Source: Octopus vulgaris
Lineage: Eukaryota
NCBI GenBank assembly: GCA_951406725.2
Contig: OX597826.1
Span: 5,146,001 to 5,210,000, forward strand
DNA: 64,000 nucleotides
Direction of reading: 5' to 3'
Of this stretch, positions 41,408 to 56,060 are shown in pieces (the stretch's first letter is position 1; each line of letters begins with the position of its first letter). The position numbers were made by a program, and so were the translations under genes. The notes beneath the pieces were generated by a model, which had not been told where the DNA came from, searched no databases, and saw nothing but the letters and a program-made list of their open reading frames with translations.

Positions 41408-41989
41408 GTATGTATATATTTACAGACATTACTTTATAGAAAAATGCTCTCTGAGGAACCAGCTTCGTGTTACACAATTTAACGTAGCTAATAATCGCTG
41501 AAACATCTATATATTTCTGAAAGCAGCGTTAAGATAAATACCCAAACTAAATTATAAAGAGGTAAATAATCGCCCCCATTAGGCGTTTTAAAGTTACCCT
41601 TTGAGTCTCATGCACATCTGCTTATCTGATGACTCCTTCCTACGCATTTCAATAAATTTACTATTAGAGTACTCTAGTTGTAGTAAAATACTTCGTTAAG
41701 AGAGAATATATCTTTTCTGAATAAATTCACTTGCATTACTTCTCTTGTCAATTCTGGCCGTTACGAATGCAAATCCATACGGCCGAGGGTTATTTAAAAA
41801 AACACTTCGTTAGGAGATAGTTCTTTGCAGAGTGTATGAAATAACGTGTTATCAAAGACACATCTGCATGTCCTGGAAGTTAAAGTAATTTAAAATATAA
41901 GCATATTTATTTTAAATTGTAATATTCTAAACCCATTCTTTCTCACTTTTTATTTCCCGAGTTCATTGGATATAGCACAAACTAAATAT

Positions 41990-43070
41990 ATCCCATTATA
42001 AGGTTTACAAGAACAGGGACTGCTATCGTTCCCATCGCAATCCCGCATTTTCGAGGATAGTAGGTGTCATCAAACAGGAAACAATTGTTCTGAAGTATAA
42101 ATTTTAGAGTTACCAATAATATAAATCTGGCTTATGCGTTCCGGGAGTACTTCGGGGTACTTTTCCAGCCAGAATTTTATTGCTTCTATCCCATAGTCAA
42201 TTGGGATATTGGTGTAAAGTTTAATACCATCGAGGGAGACCATTAAAGCCTCTTCATTAATTGTTTTTGGTAGGTGCTCAAGCATATCTATATCGTCTCT
42301 AACGAAATTTTTGATGTATTTCAGCAAGGATTTTAGTAGGATATCTAGAAAATTGCTTAGGTAGTGGGTTACACAAGCTGGGCCTTCTATAATCTTCTGG
42401 CGTTAGGATATTTATGTATTTGGCTGGTGATTTCCTGCGGGCTTCTTTAACTACCTTGCCCATGTGTATTTTAGGTAGGCTGTAAAAAGGACTATGTTTA
42501 CCTTTAATGTTCGTAATATAATCTATTTCTTTTTCTCTCAGGCCTTTTTCATGAAGAAGTATTTTCATTGTTTTTTGCTTTTTATAGTTTACAAATTATT
42601 CGTAGACGGTATCGTTTTCCGGTCTGGATAATACTAGGTTTTTGTTGTAATCTATGTCCATTAGGACAGCATCACTTCCTTTGTTTGCTTCTTTAATTGT
42701 CAGTTCTTTGTCGTTTTGTACTTCAATTAGATTTCTCCATTCTAAATTGTTGAGATTTGGATTAATTTTTCAATTATGAAAAGTGTTTGGGAAATTTTGG
42801 ATATGGTCGCAGAAGTCATCTAGTGTTTTATTACGACGCTTAGATGGGAGATAATTGCTTCTGATTTAAACCAGTGATTTATCCTCATCGTTGTAGTCAG
42901 CTAATGCTTCTGTGAGTCGTAGTTTTTTGCAGAATTCTGAAATATTGTCTTTAATTTCATTCTGGTTTGATCTTCGTGGGATTGGGGGTAAATTTTAATC
43001 CCTTAGCTAATATACAGATTTTCGTTGCAAAGAGAGTTTTCTTTGATAAATTTATTACTTTGAGTTTCTC
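41990..43070 (-). pseudogene. Penelope-like element reverse transcriptase remnant
   Basis: VINLSKKTL..ILAKGLKFTP; NDKELTIKEANKG..VLMD; FYSLPKIH; FVRDDIDMLEHLP..LMVSLDGIKLYTNIP..GIEAIKFWL; YY..KCGIAMGT..P...NLIMGY; many frameshifts. Flanks ~41480-43680 may also belong. Confidence 0.9.
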
Positions 43071-43676
43071 CTGTATGTTTTGTTCCAAAGTGTGTCCCTG
43101 TTTCTCTCCACTTGGTTTTTTAAAAATGTTTCTTGTAATTTGATTGTAATTATCAGAGTTATTAATTCTATTGAGATTCCCGGGACGTTGGTTTTGCAGT
43201 CTGGGTAAACTGGTTAGAAATACGTGGTTCAGGTTTCTTCGTTGGTATAAATTTTCAGGGTTCGTAATTACGTTTGAGATGTTGGAGCAGGGCGGGGATT
43301 TGCTGTCTGGGTAAATAGGCTGGGATTCCGAGTTTCTTCGATGAAGAATAAAAGAAGTTCCTTGGATATTTCTAGATGCTGGGGAGAAACAATTACTACT
43401 AACCCTATGTTGATCACTTCTAGTATTTCTTATTAGAGAGTTGCCCCTATTCCTAGCTTGAGAACGGTTTACTTCCAGGTGAGAAATTACTTTTGTGTGT
43501 TGGTGTTCTTTTAGATGTATATAGTTTGATCTAGTTGGATGTTTACTTCATTCTGTTCTAGCTGTTCTAGATGTTTCCAGAAAGGAATTATCTGAACTGT
43601 AGTCTTTTAAAAACCGAGCTTCGTAACTAGTTTTATAACACTTTCCAACAGGATGTTTAATGAGTTGGGAGTGTAA

Positions 43677-43772
<96 letters not shown>

Positions 43773-43795
43773 GTCTGTCTATCTATCTATCTATC
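43677..43795. repeat. (TCTA)n microsatellite
   Basis: Directly visible. Confidence 0.95.
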
Positions 43796-43943
43796 GATAT
43801 ATGATTGATTGATTGATTGATTCTAGTTTCAGCCTATGAGCTGTGGCCATGCTGGGGCACCGCCATTTATATATATATATATATATATATTATATTATAT
43901 ATATATATACACACATATATATATGTACATACATATGTATGTA

Positions 43944-43996
<53 letters not shown>

Positions 43997-43998
<2 letters not shown>

Positions 43999-44810
43999 TT
44001 CTGAATTGACAGGTTGCAGTTTAAAGCTGAAAAATTTTAAGCACTGCACTATCAACTCACGAATACACAACAGCCTGCATATACAGGACACGAAGGCACT
44101 ACTATCAGCCGGTGAAGGACGCATTATTTTAGATGCACATTACCAATATGGCATCAAAGTGCAGACAACTGGCAGAATGGATCACGAGGTCCTTCAAGTC
44201 AAGAGACCAAGAAACTCTGTTGACTCTGTGGAGAACCTTTGTTCAAAGTCACCTGGACTACTTTCCCCGAGTTATGTCCACGACACAGTACCACTCTAAC
44301 GGCGGAACTTGAAGCAGACCGACACCACTACACTAAAAAGATTGAGATACTGCAGCGACTGAGCTTCAAGGATAGGATGAGAAAACTGCAACTTAACTCC
44401 CTGGAACGAAGGCGCGACAGTTATGTCATAATCTACATACGGTAAAGTCTAGAAGGGCTAGTACCGAATATTGGCATTGAGTGTTATACAAATGCCAGAA
44501 CTGACCGCCATTGTATGGTACCAAAGTTATCATCCACTCCATCTAAATTCAGGATCAGGTCCTGAAATAGTCTAGGATTCAAAGGCCCACACTTCTTATA
44601 AACAAAAATTTAGAAATCTGCATAAGGTAGAAGTAGATGTCTGCAAAAGGGAACTGGACATCTTCCTCTCCACAATACCGGATGAACCAAAAGCCCAACA
44701 TGAAGTGCAGTCGAGGGCAGCGGAATCAAACTCCTTTATACACCAAATGGACCAGCAGCTGGGAGAAAAGCAGATACAGGATTGGTGATGTGAAGCACCA
44801 CAGATTGAGG
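43997..44810 (+). pseudogene. CR1/L2-group LINE 3' ORF2 remnant
   Basis: [25 protein letters not shown]; LSFKDRMRKLQLNSLERRRDSYVIIY..LEGLVPN; KRELDIFLSTIPDEP..RAAESNS. Confidence 0.85.
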
Positions 44811-44989
44811 AAATCAGAAATATCACAGTGGTGCTCCAGTATGACAGCAGCCGCGTGGCTTAAACGAGTAAAGAGTTCACACACACACACGCATCTCTGT
44901 CTATTTTTATGTGTGTGCCTATGTATCTATGAATCTATGTGTGTGTGTAACGCACGCATCCATTTCTAAGTATTATTGTTCTTGGGGAA

Positions 44990-45071
<82 letters not shown>

Positions 45072-45636
45072 CTGTGTGCGTCTATAGAGATAGAAAAGGG
45101 AAGAACTAAATTTATGACGAAATATATATAGTAAAACTTTCTCCTTTATGTATGCAAAAATTACTAAAACATTCTATATAGTTACCTGTATACATACCTC
45201 TCTATCTCCCTACACACACAAACATACACACTCACACACACACGCACACACAAACACACAAACACGTGTGTGTGTATCTGGATGTATACATAAAGAGAGA
45301 GGAAGAGAGAAAGTAGAGACAGAGATGGAATTATGGCTTTATTTAGCAACGGCTTCTATTATTTAATGCGTATATTATTAAACCATTAAACGTCATAGTT
45401 AACAATAAACTTTCAGCGGAGATAGATTGCAGTTATTCATTACAATATGAAGTTAGACTAAGTAATAAATAGCACTCTGGTTTCCCCCAAATCCTCAAAC
45501 GAAAAATACTTAAATACCAAATTGAATAGCTTTATATTCTACAACTGAAAATATCAACTATACCAACATTCATATAAGCTACATAAACAGATATTGTTAA
45601 ATGGAATATCTATATTTTGTATATATATATATATTG

Positions 45637-45733
<97 letters not shown>

Positions 45734-46222
45734 ACACGCACATTCATTTATACATTTCTGAAATGAATGCAATTTTTAATATAGAATTGTTGAAGTGAAA
45801 TAGGTGTGTGGATTTGCTTATTTAAATATACACGGTTATCATAAATTCAAAAACTTTATAAGTATTCGGTTGCGATTATAGTTCGTCATATAGTATTGTT
45901 GACTGAGCTGAAATTAATAAATTTCGACAGCTATTCATTCCTGCAAACTGATAACAATATATATTACATTTACCACCAAAATTATTCGCAGGCTCTATTA
46001 AGAATTTTTATCCTTGTCTTCGATACAAAATTAATCCATTTATAGCAGGAAACCATGAGGCAAAATAGACATATATTTATTATTCATTATATTTTATACG
46101 TAGGTGAACGAAGTCTACAGTCTTCCGCATACTTTTATTGCACATATTTCATAGTACAGGAGCGACTGAATTACTTAGGAATCATACAATACGACGATGC
46201 CTAATGTCGGGGTACTATTGTT

Positions 46223-46384
46223 GGCGTAGGAGAGGCTGTGTGGTAAATAGCGTGTTTACGAACCACATGGTTGCGGGTTCAGTCCCACAGCGTGGCACCT
46301 TGGGCAGGTGTCTACTACTATAGACTCGGGCCGACGAAAGACTTGTGAGTGGATTTGGTAGACGGAATCTGAAAGAAGCCCGTC

Positions 46385-46466
<82 letters not shown>

Positions 46467-46491
46467 GTATGTGTGTGTATGTGTTTGTGTG

Positions 46492-46576
<85 letters not shown>

Positions 46577-46805
46577 ATGTGTGTGTGTATGTGTTTGCGT
46601 GTCTGTGTTTGTCCCCACAACATCGCTTGACGACCGATACTCGTGTGTTTTCGTCCCTGTAAGTTAGCGGTTCGGCAAAAGAGACCGATATAATAAGTAC
46701 TAGGCTTACAAAGAATAAGTCCTGGGGTGGATTTGCTCGACTAAAGGCGGTACTCCAGCATGGCCACAGTCAAACGACTGAAACAAGTAAAAGAGTAAAA
46801 GAATA
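46223..46805 (+). mobile_element. SINE family B, full length, with ~220-bp internal (TA)/(TG) array
   Basis: tRNA-like head, 'ggcaccttgggcag' core, internal microsatellite, tail 'ctgaaacaagtaaaagagtaaaagaata'. Confidence 0.9.
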
Positions 46806-47208
46806 ATATTTGGTCACTTGATTCCTTGCCAGGTACGATCAAATATGCTCGTGTTAAAAAATCATTCCAGATTCTACCTCGCTACTTTTATATATTAATA
46901 GGACGGTATTGTTCAAGTGACTTTTCATGATTTCATGACGGTAGGATGTGATCTGAAAGGGAGTCATTTAATATTTCCTTCAAATCGTGCTATCAGGTAG
47001 AATCAGTTTCCTGAGTCTGCCTAGGTTCTTTCGCCGGTATACAGAGATTAGGACAAGCGTAAAGCAAAGCAACCTTGCCAAAGTTTTAAAGACTGACAAT
47101 TCGACAACTTTCTAATAATACTGAGTAGATAGAGTGAGATATATATTATTTACATTGCTTACATTATTTACATTTGATGGATATTTGTTCTCATCTTGAT
47201 TGTTGTTA

Positions 47209-47252
47209 ACACAACATTTCGGCTGATATACCCTCCAGCCTTCATCAGGTGT
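47209..47252 (-). ncRNA. Minimal type I hammerhead ribozyme fold
   Basis: Minus strand acac-CTGATGA-a-ggctg-gagggtatat-cagcc-GAAA-tg-TT-gtgt. Confidence 0.7.
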
Positions 47253-47302
47253 CTTGGGGAATTTTCCAACCTGGGTTCTCGTTCCTAAGGTATATTTCAA
47301 TG

Positions 47303-47337
47303 TTCTTCTTCTTCTTCTTCTTCTTCTTCTTCTTCTT

Positions 47338-47427
<90 letters not shown>

Positions 47428-47428
47428 G
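47303..47428. repeat. (TTC)n(TTA)n microsatellite
   Basis: Directly visible. Confidence 0.95.
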
Positions 47429-47983
47429 AGTGAGAGCAGTTCATGCCATCAAAGTGACACTGGGGTAAAATATACGAAGCCCAATATACCCATCATGACT
47501 ACCCGTCTGATAAGGGCACACCAGGCACATGCATCACAACCATATGTGCGCGGCATGGTGATTTCATATCAAGATAAACTGCACATGACCTTGCAGGTGG
47601 GGCCCAGTTAGAATTTTCTTCAGGTTGAGTAGCCCATCCCGCTTAAACGGTCCCTGAATAAGGGTTGTTTAAGGATGTTGAAAAACCCACCCATGTCTCC
47701 AGAGGTGAATTATTCAAACCCCAAAGAATCCCTCTCAACACATGGCTATGATGCTCCCCCACTACTTCTGCTCGTGATCAGTGATGCACATATCGTCAGC
47801 CACTAAGGGACATGCTCAACTGGTTAAGGTCAAACAACTGACAAGCAAATCTGTGGTATTGAGCAGAATATTTGCTGTAGCCCATCTTTTATACCAAGAC
47901 AGAACAATGTACATGATAACACTTCCAATCAGTTAAGATCAGAAGCCATGAGAGCCTCTGCCTGGTACTGCATCAGGGCATTT
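47428..47983 (-). mobile_element. ~550-bp TAA-associated repeat, full copy
   Basis: Reverse complement of 38101-38660; (TTA)n on both sides. Confidence 0.85.
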
Positions 47984-47984
47984 A

Positions 47985-48231
<247 letters not shown>

Positions 48232-48361
48232 TAATAATTAATAATAATAATTCCCCATCTCTTCACTATAGAACTGGAGTGTAGTATAGTATTTGAATTG
48301 GACTAAGTTATTCAGTCATAAAATAGAAACATAGTTTAGTACCAGTTAATAGTGTAGTATG

Positions 48362-48430
<69 letters not shown>

Positions 48431-48435
48431 CATAT

Positions 48436-48616
48436 AAGGCGGCAATATGGTAGAATCGTTAACACACCGGAAATAAAACTGAAAGGCATTTCGTCCGTCT
48501 TTAAGTTCTGAATTCAAATCCCACCGTGGTCGACTTTTCTTAACGTTGAGGGGTCCATAAAATATATACCAGTTAAACACTAGTCTCAACCGGCCTTGTG
48601 CCAAAATTTGAAATCA
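48436..48616 (+). mobile_element. SINE family A with 11-bp TSD (atatagcatat)
   Basis: TSD at 48425-48435 and 48617-48627. Confidence 0.8.
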
Positions 48617-50016
48617 ATATAGCATATGCTATTCTTGTACTGTATAGTAGCTGTTGGTCATTTCATATTTGGGTAGGATTGCAAATGTAGAATATTTTTC
48701 CAGTTGTGATGAAGTGAAATTCAAGGCAATACTACTAGATACTTCAGTATGATGCATTCCAATTCTTTCTTTCTAGTGCTTCAAATGCCTTTAGGGTGTT
48801 GAGATCTTAGATTTATAAAAACTGTAGAGCCAAACTCTGCATGCATTTCAATATTCGTAATTTAAAGGGACGTGAGTAGACATTGTAGCATTGGTCGAGA
48901 TATTACTGATTATAATAGCTTTGGCCGTCTCCGAGTAACAATAAGTGAAAGCCATTAGAAAGTTATAGAAAATTATGGAATATTGAAACATTTAAAAATT
49001 ATCCATTTTTTTATTTTTTATATTCGCAATCTATATTGACTGAAATATTCCAGACGACAGCTACGACAAAAGAAATGCCGTTATAGAGAAAGACATACTT
49101 TTTAATTACATGCATTCATTCTGTAAATTATGTCTGTCTTCAAGATTATAAGCGACAATTCATTGTATTTGGTAACATATATTTTTGCTCAATTCAAGCA
49201 GACAAGATTCACACACGTTAATTCACTAGGTTACGTTCATCTGTCGTATAGGGAATTGGACAGGTGCAAAACAACCTGATATGTAGAAGAGAAAGCCAAT
49301 TATGTTTCATTTTTTTTTTGGCAGAGTAACTTAGTAGAAGACCTCTTCAAGGTATTCGCCAAATTTTTGTTATAGATCGTTGGTTCGATGTAGGAAGTTG
49401 GTTGACAGTAAAGTTTATGAGAATTTTATTATGCTTCGGTTGTTACTAAAATGTGTAATATTTCGTTAGTCGTGGATTAAAATTATACATGGGCAAAAAT
49501 AGAGAAAAAAGAAAAACAAAAAGACGATGACAGTATATAATTAGTGAATTCTATCCTTTAATAATGGAATAAAGTCCATGCCATTTCCATAAATGCTTCA
49601 TTATTAACAGATTAGGGAGCGTTACTATAACCACTGTATTAAAAAAAGATACTGATAAAAAAATATAAGCCCACACATATTAGAAACATAAGAAAAGATA
49701 ACTTTCTGTCTGTCTGCCTGTCTGCCTGTCTGTCTGTCTATCTCTCTAGCTATCTGTCTATCTATCTGCCTGTCTGTCTGTCTATCTCTCTAGCTATCTG
49801 TCTATCTATCTGTCTGTCTGTATGTCTATCTATCTATCTATCTATCTGTATGTATGTCTATATATCTATGTGTCTGTCTGTCTGTCTATCTATTTATATA
49901 CACATACATACATATGAATATATATATATACATGAATGTGTCTATGTATAGAAAGATAGATAGAGAGATAGATAGATGGGAAGACTGATAGACAGACAGA
50001 CAGACAGACAGACAGG

Positions 50017-50076
<60 letters not shown>

Positions 50077-52769
50077 CAGAGACATGGGTAGATAGATAGA
50101 ACACGGGGCTCGACCATTTGAAATATTTGAGACAAATATTAATTTTCTAATCAAGCGTCTTCTTTCTAATTATATACGTGATACTTCATAAATCACTAAT
50201 TATTAAATATTTGTAGTGTATGTTTTTGTGTTTGTGATATACTATACTGGGGAACTGTATGTATGTGACTGTGTAATATGATAATTGACAACAATTAAAT
50301 TAATCATATTCTGTGTGAATTGATTAAATATCGACACAAGATAGAGGGAAAGATAAATAAAGATCCAATTAATTAAGGTAAGCAGAAGTTAATCAAATTC
50401 ATTTCATGGCAATGTTTGTCGAGTCACCGATACATTTTGCTGTAGCAACCAACATAGGAAATCTGAAATAGATATAAAGTAATTATAACTTAGACTGTTT
50501 TATGAGACACTGATTGTGTGATAATATGTTAAGTGTGTAAAATAGAGAGGTTAGCATGAAGTGGGCCACTTGATTGTGAATAGTTCCGTTTACTTCCTAT
50601 AACAGGAGTATTTGTTACAAAGTTCGCTTCATAATCACACGTTTCTGATTTCGATTCTACTGTGTAGTAAATTTTATATATTTTATTCCTTAACATTCGA
50701 GTGAATCCAAGTTCTCGAAAGACCACTGGAAAAAGCTATCTACATGGAGTCCATTGTATGCCATTTATCGTAGCGCATTTTTACATCATCTTGAGTCTTT
50801 TCAAGAGAGCTTTTCAGACTGAAAACAACTGAGCAGTAAGTGTTTCTTCCTTACATAGCCTCCATCGGCATTGGAAACAAAAAAAAAAAAAATATGCACG
50901 CAGACAATGCAAATTCGTAGGCGAAACCAGGGAACTCTCTTCATTTAATTTCTTCCGGTAAATTTTTAAGGATGAAGAGAAATGCCCAAGAAATATATCT
51001 TCCTGCACTATTCTTGAACACCGCAGCTCATTCGATATCATTTAAATCATGAGTTTAAAGTAAGGGCTAAAATGTTTTGAAGTGTTTACTGTTTTAGGCT
51101 ATGAGTTCAAGTTCAGCATTTTCTTTCTTTTCGATAACAGAACGTACAGTTACGTATTTGGAAATGAAGTTCCTTGGCTCTCGCCCGCCAGAAATGATGT
51201 TCTTTTATTTAAAGTAGAAATAAATAGCATGTATACAATCAAACTAACTGTGATGTACCTTGTTTCTTTTTCCTCGCCCCTCTCTATATACCCCCTCTCT
51301 TTGTATACATGCACACACACACATACGTATGTATGTGCATATAGAGCATTCGAATCCTTTCATAAAACTGGCTTTTCAATCCTGTATGGATCGATACAGC
51401 CAGCAAGAAGGGCTTCATATACCGAATTCCATTCAATGGATTCTAGAGTGCCATACAAATCCATCAGTTCCAATCTACGTGAGGAATATTTATTTAACAC
51501 AAACAAAATAGAAAGGAACAGTGAAAATTACAGTGTTCACGACGAAATGCCTATTACAAGCTTTTCATCTCCATTTCTTTCAGCGTTGAGTTCAAATTCT
51601 GTTATGATCGCTAATATTTAGTACTCGGTATAGATTGATATGATTCATTAGACTATACACCTCTTCAACAAAGCTTGTGGAATTTAGCCAATATAATAAA
51701 TCACTATTGGGCATAGTTAATTATTGTAGAGCTATATAAACAGAATTATCTCCCGAAGAGGGCCAAGTGTTGATTACGATTATTACAATTTGATAACTAA
51801 AACCCATTGCGAAGACATGAATATCTTAACTATATATTTCAACGTACCCTAACCATTGTGCATGGATAATAGGTAATTATTATTTCATACATCTCAGAAT
51901 ATAGGTGGATGAAAGAAGTGGCAGTATGTAGCAACGTCGGGAGCGCCCTTTCACTTGTATTCACCTCATTCTGTCATGTATTTACCATTATCGTAACGGA
52001 AGTTGAATACAATAGACTATAGCAATCCTTTATGAATTTGTGGCAATGTGCGAAGGTAAGAAATCGTTATTTTATAGAACGTAGCGTTGTTGAATGGCGT
52101 TAACAACTGTTTAGCAAATTCTTCAATTCTATCTCTTTTCCAAGAGGGAATCATATTGATTAGACTACCTCCCATGCAAAAATACTGTAGACACCACATT
52201 ATCAATTATATATTCTTGGGAAAGCGAAACCCTTTTGCCAGACAAAAATATGGAGCTTTCAAACCTGCTCGCTTTTCACCGATCCCAATCGCAAATAATT
52301 TATAACTTGGATACGTCTCTGTCGAAAACCAAATAAAAGGCAGTGATAGCAGATAATGGCTATGTTCTCGCTGATTCACTGCCGAAAATACGTTAAATTC
52401 TAACCGTGTATATAATTTGAATAAGAGTAGTCTCGTCTCACTATAAACCAAAATGTTAACTGTATACGATTTAGATATTTCTCTGAATTGAGGACGTGTC
52501 AATATTCGGTTACTCTTCTCACAGACAATATTGGAAGCGACTGGATTTTTATAGCATTTCTGCGGTATTCACAAAGCTTAATAGAGGCATTCACTTTTTC
52601 TACAGACTGGTTTGAATTGATGAGAGGACGAATGCCAGTCGCTCGTTATTACGTATTACAAAAGAACAAATAAAAGAGGACAATTGAAATTATGCAAAAG
52701 TTGCCATAAATTTAACTAAATCTTTCAAACAATGATACCCACAAGCCATTAGGATTTCAGCAGATTTTA

Positions 52770-52781
52770 TTATTACTGTTA

Positions 52782-52852
<71 letters not shown>

Positions 52853-52887
52853 CATCATCATTATTATTGTTATTCTTCTTATTATTA

Positions 52888-52927
<40 letters not shown>

Positions 52928-52951
52928 GTATTATTGTTATTATCATTATTA

Positions 52952-52988
<37 letters not shown>

Positions 52989-53023
52989 TGTTATTATTAT
53001 TATTATTTATTATTATTATTATT

Positions 53024-53055
<32 letters not shown>

Positions 53056-53072
53056 TATTATTATTATTATTA
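52770..53072. repeat. (TTA)n/(TCA)n microsatellite
   Basis: Directly visible. Confidence 0.95.
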
Positions 53073-53292
53073 TGACGATGATGTCACAGCTACTACTATA
53101 CTGGTGTGGTACAGATTAAGAAGCAGTATATTACAACATACGGTTTCGTCTTTGCGCCACACAAATTTACATCATGCCTTATTCCACTTTGATCCACCGC
53201 CCAGCTTTGTCCGTCGATGATATAACTTCCCGTGATATAATCTTCCTCCCCCTCCTTTACACCACCACCATCATCAATGTCACAGTCATATA

Positions 53293-54240
53293 TAAAGGGT
53301 CTCCCAAAATTAAGGCAACCGACTTTTTTGAATTATGCTAGAGCAAAGTAATATTATATTTCGGGTCCGAGCTTTGCCATGCAGTGATAAAGGAAACACA
53401 ATTATTCCGCTACCACATTTATTCGATATGACCACCTCTTTCGAATCACAGCCTTAAGTCTAGGTGTAAATGCTTCACACGCAGCACGTAACTGTTCATG
53501 CGGAATGGAAGATCATTCCTGGCACAATTTTGCCCTCAGAGCGTCGAGCAAAGCATGAGGACCAAACAGAAAAATCCAGCGTATCGAGATCGTGGCTTCT
53601 TGAGAGTCACATATCCTTGTCTATCAACGTCCGAACTGTTTTCCTGAATTCAGTATTGCGTCTCTTAGGAGATGTAGGGTGATGCCGAGTCATGTCGAAA
53701 ACTCCAAGATGCGCTTTGAAAGTGCTCATCGCCCATGAAAGTATTTTAGCATCCAGAATGGCGCTAATGTCTCGCAAATGTTAATTTTAACATCGGAGGG
53801 TCCCAAAATGAGGTGAGGCCTTTCAGTAGCTATCGCAGCAATCCAAACCATAACTCCCTGCTGATTTTGACGTCAATTTACGAGTCTATCCTTGATTGAG
53901 CCAGATACACTCCAAATTGGTCATTCTGATGTAAAATTTATTTTCGTCAGTGAACACCAGGCTGGGTATGGTGTGCCTTCAGTAATCTGACGCAGGATAA
54001 GAAGACTTCTCTCTCGTGTCATGCATTTATAAACTTGCGTGAGCTCATGACGACAGACCATCTTGTATAGATAGATCCTGAGATACTCCTTCAGCACTCG
54101 ATACATCGATGTTCGCCTTATATTTGCCGAATCGTTATTTACGGGACGTAAACACACCAACATCAGTTGTCTGACGGAACGATTTCGCCATATCTTTTCT
54201 TTTGCACTTTTTGATAAGCTAAGTGGTCTGCATACTTCTT
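53293..54240 (-). pseudogene. Tc1/mariner-superfamily transposon remnant, maT/DD37D-like
   Basis: LVFTDENKF; RQNQQGVMVWIA..DVKIN; HFQSASWSFRHDSAS; SRSHDLDTLDFSVWS (cf. SPDLNPLDF.VWS); candidate terminus 'taaagggtctccc'. Confidence 0.8.
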
Positions 54241-54252
54241 TTTCAGCCACGT

Positions 54253-54399
54253 CCAGGACGTATTCTTTATAAACCTAGTACTTATTCTATTGGGCTCTTT
54301 CGCCGAAACACCAAGTCACGGGGACATAAACACACCAACATCGGTTGTCAAGCGATGTTGGAGGGGGAGAAACACAGACACACAAACACACACACACAT

Positions 54400-54458
<59 letters not shown>

Positions 54459-54623
54459 CACACACATGACGATCTTCTTTCAGCTTCCGTCTACCAAATC
54501 CACTCACATGGCTTTAGTCGGTTCGAGGGTATAGTAGAAGACAACTGCCCAAGGTGCTATGCAGTCTGACTGAACACGGAACCATGTGGTTGGTAAACAA
54601 AACTCTTAACCCACAGCCACTCC
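54253..54623 (-). mobile_element. SINE family B with internal (CA)n
   Basis: cctagtacttattctat..caacatcggttgtcaagcgatgttg..ccgtctaccaaatccactcac..aaccatgtggttgg. Confidence 0.9.
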
Positions 54624-54703
54624 CATACATATATGTATATTTTTATGTATGTATACATACATACACATATCTATTTAATTCTCTCTCTCCCTCTCTCCTT
54701 CAT

Positions 54704-54855
<152 letters not shown>

Positions 54856-54860
54856 CATAT

Positions 54861-54893
<33 letters not shown>

Positions 54894-54959
54894 CATTCAC
54901 TCACACGCACACATACTACCCATTTCTCCGGTTAATTACGACATAGACGTAAATTCTCA

Positions 54960-54997
<38 letters not shown>

Positions 54998-55202
54998 CTA
55001 TCGCTGTTTGTGTGTGTGTGTGTGTATATCTCACTTTACCTCTCATTCTCTCTCTCCTCTATACTCATAAAAAGCAAAGATACCCTTATACACACGGACT
55101 CTACAGCTGTGTCTTTCGCAGCAGAATGTCAGGAAGGGAGAAAGCGAGAAAAAGCATATTCATACTTGAACACGCACACACACACACACTTATATATATA
55201 TG

Positions 55203-55280
<78 letters not shown>

Positions 55281-55824
55281 CACATGAGAACTCTCCTTCT
55301 CCCATTCTCTCCGAAACAGACTTTCAACTCCTCTCACACTTACGCAAAGAAGCATAAAAACACAGGACCATACATACTTTTGATTTGTTTCACATTGGCG
55401 CAAAGAAAAAAAAAACCCGCACAGACATGCACACAAATACAAACTCGTCTCTCCCTCTATATAGAAATGGACTCCCCCACCCTCACAGAACGTACGCACA
55501 AGCACACAAACACACAGGCACACACACACACAGAAATTCTCCGTTCTCTTTCCACTTTTGCTCAAGTGACATGCCGGCTGATCAGCGTGGCGAACATAAC
55601 CAATTATTGCGCTTATTTTACGTGGACTTAATGTGTTAAAGGCATTTCACAGTTGAATCATGGGAAATCAGCCGTAGGCTTTCAGAAAACTTGTCACACG
55701 TCAGAAAGATTATCTTAATTTTCGTCTTTTCTTCAGATTCCTTCTGACTCTTGACTACCAATTTTAACGGTTTTAAACTACAAATTGATCAGGTATACAC
55801 TAAAAACTTCATCTTGTCTCCTGC

Positions 55825-56029
55825 CATTACCACTGCCTCTACCACCACCACCACCACCACCACAACTTGTACTGTTATTTTTAGTACTTTCACTACGACT
55901 ACTACTAATACTACTACTACTTTTCCTCCACCCCTAAGCCTCCTCTTCTCTCCTCTAACTCTTCTTCCTCCTCCTCCTCCTACTACTACTGCTGCTTCTA
56001 CAACTACTACTACTACTACTACTACTACA

Positions 56030-56060
<31 letters not shown>

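Noticed and set aside
41445-41690. CTGAGGA..GAAA and CTGATGA..ctagtt motifs next to the PLE remnant
   Set aside because: Core or helix I incomplete; cannot be supported as ribozymes.
50530-52700. Complex non-repetitive stretches with short ORFs that might be decayed DNA transposases (also 5990-6780 and 57100-58200)
   Set aside because: No diagnostic catalytic motif recognised by eye; needs TBLASTX against transposase libraries.
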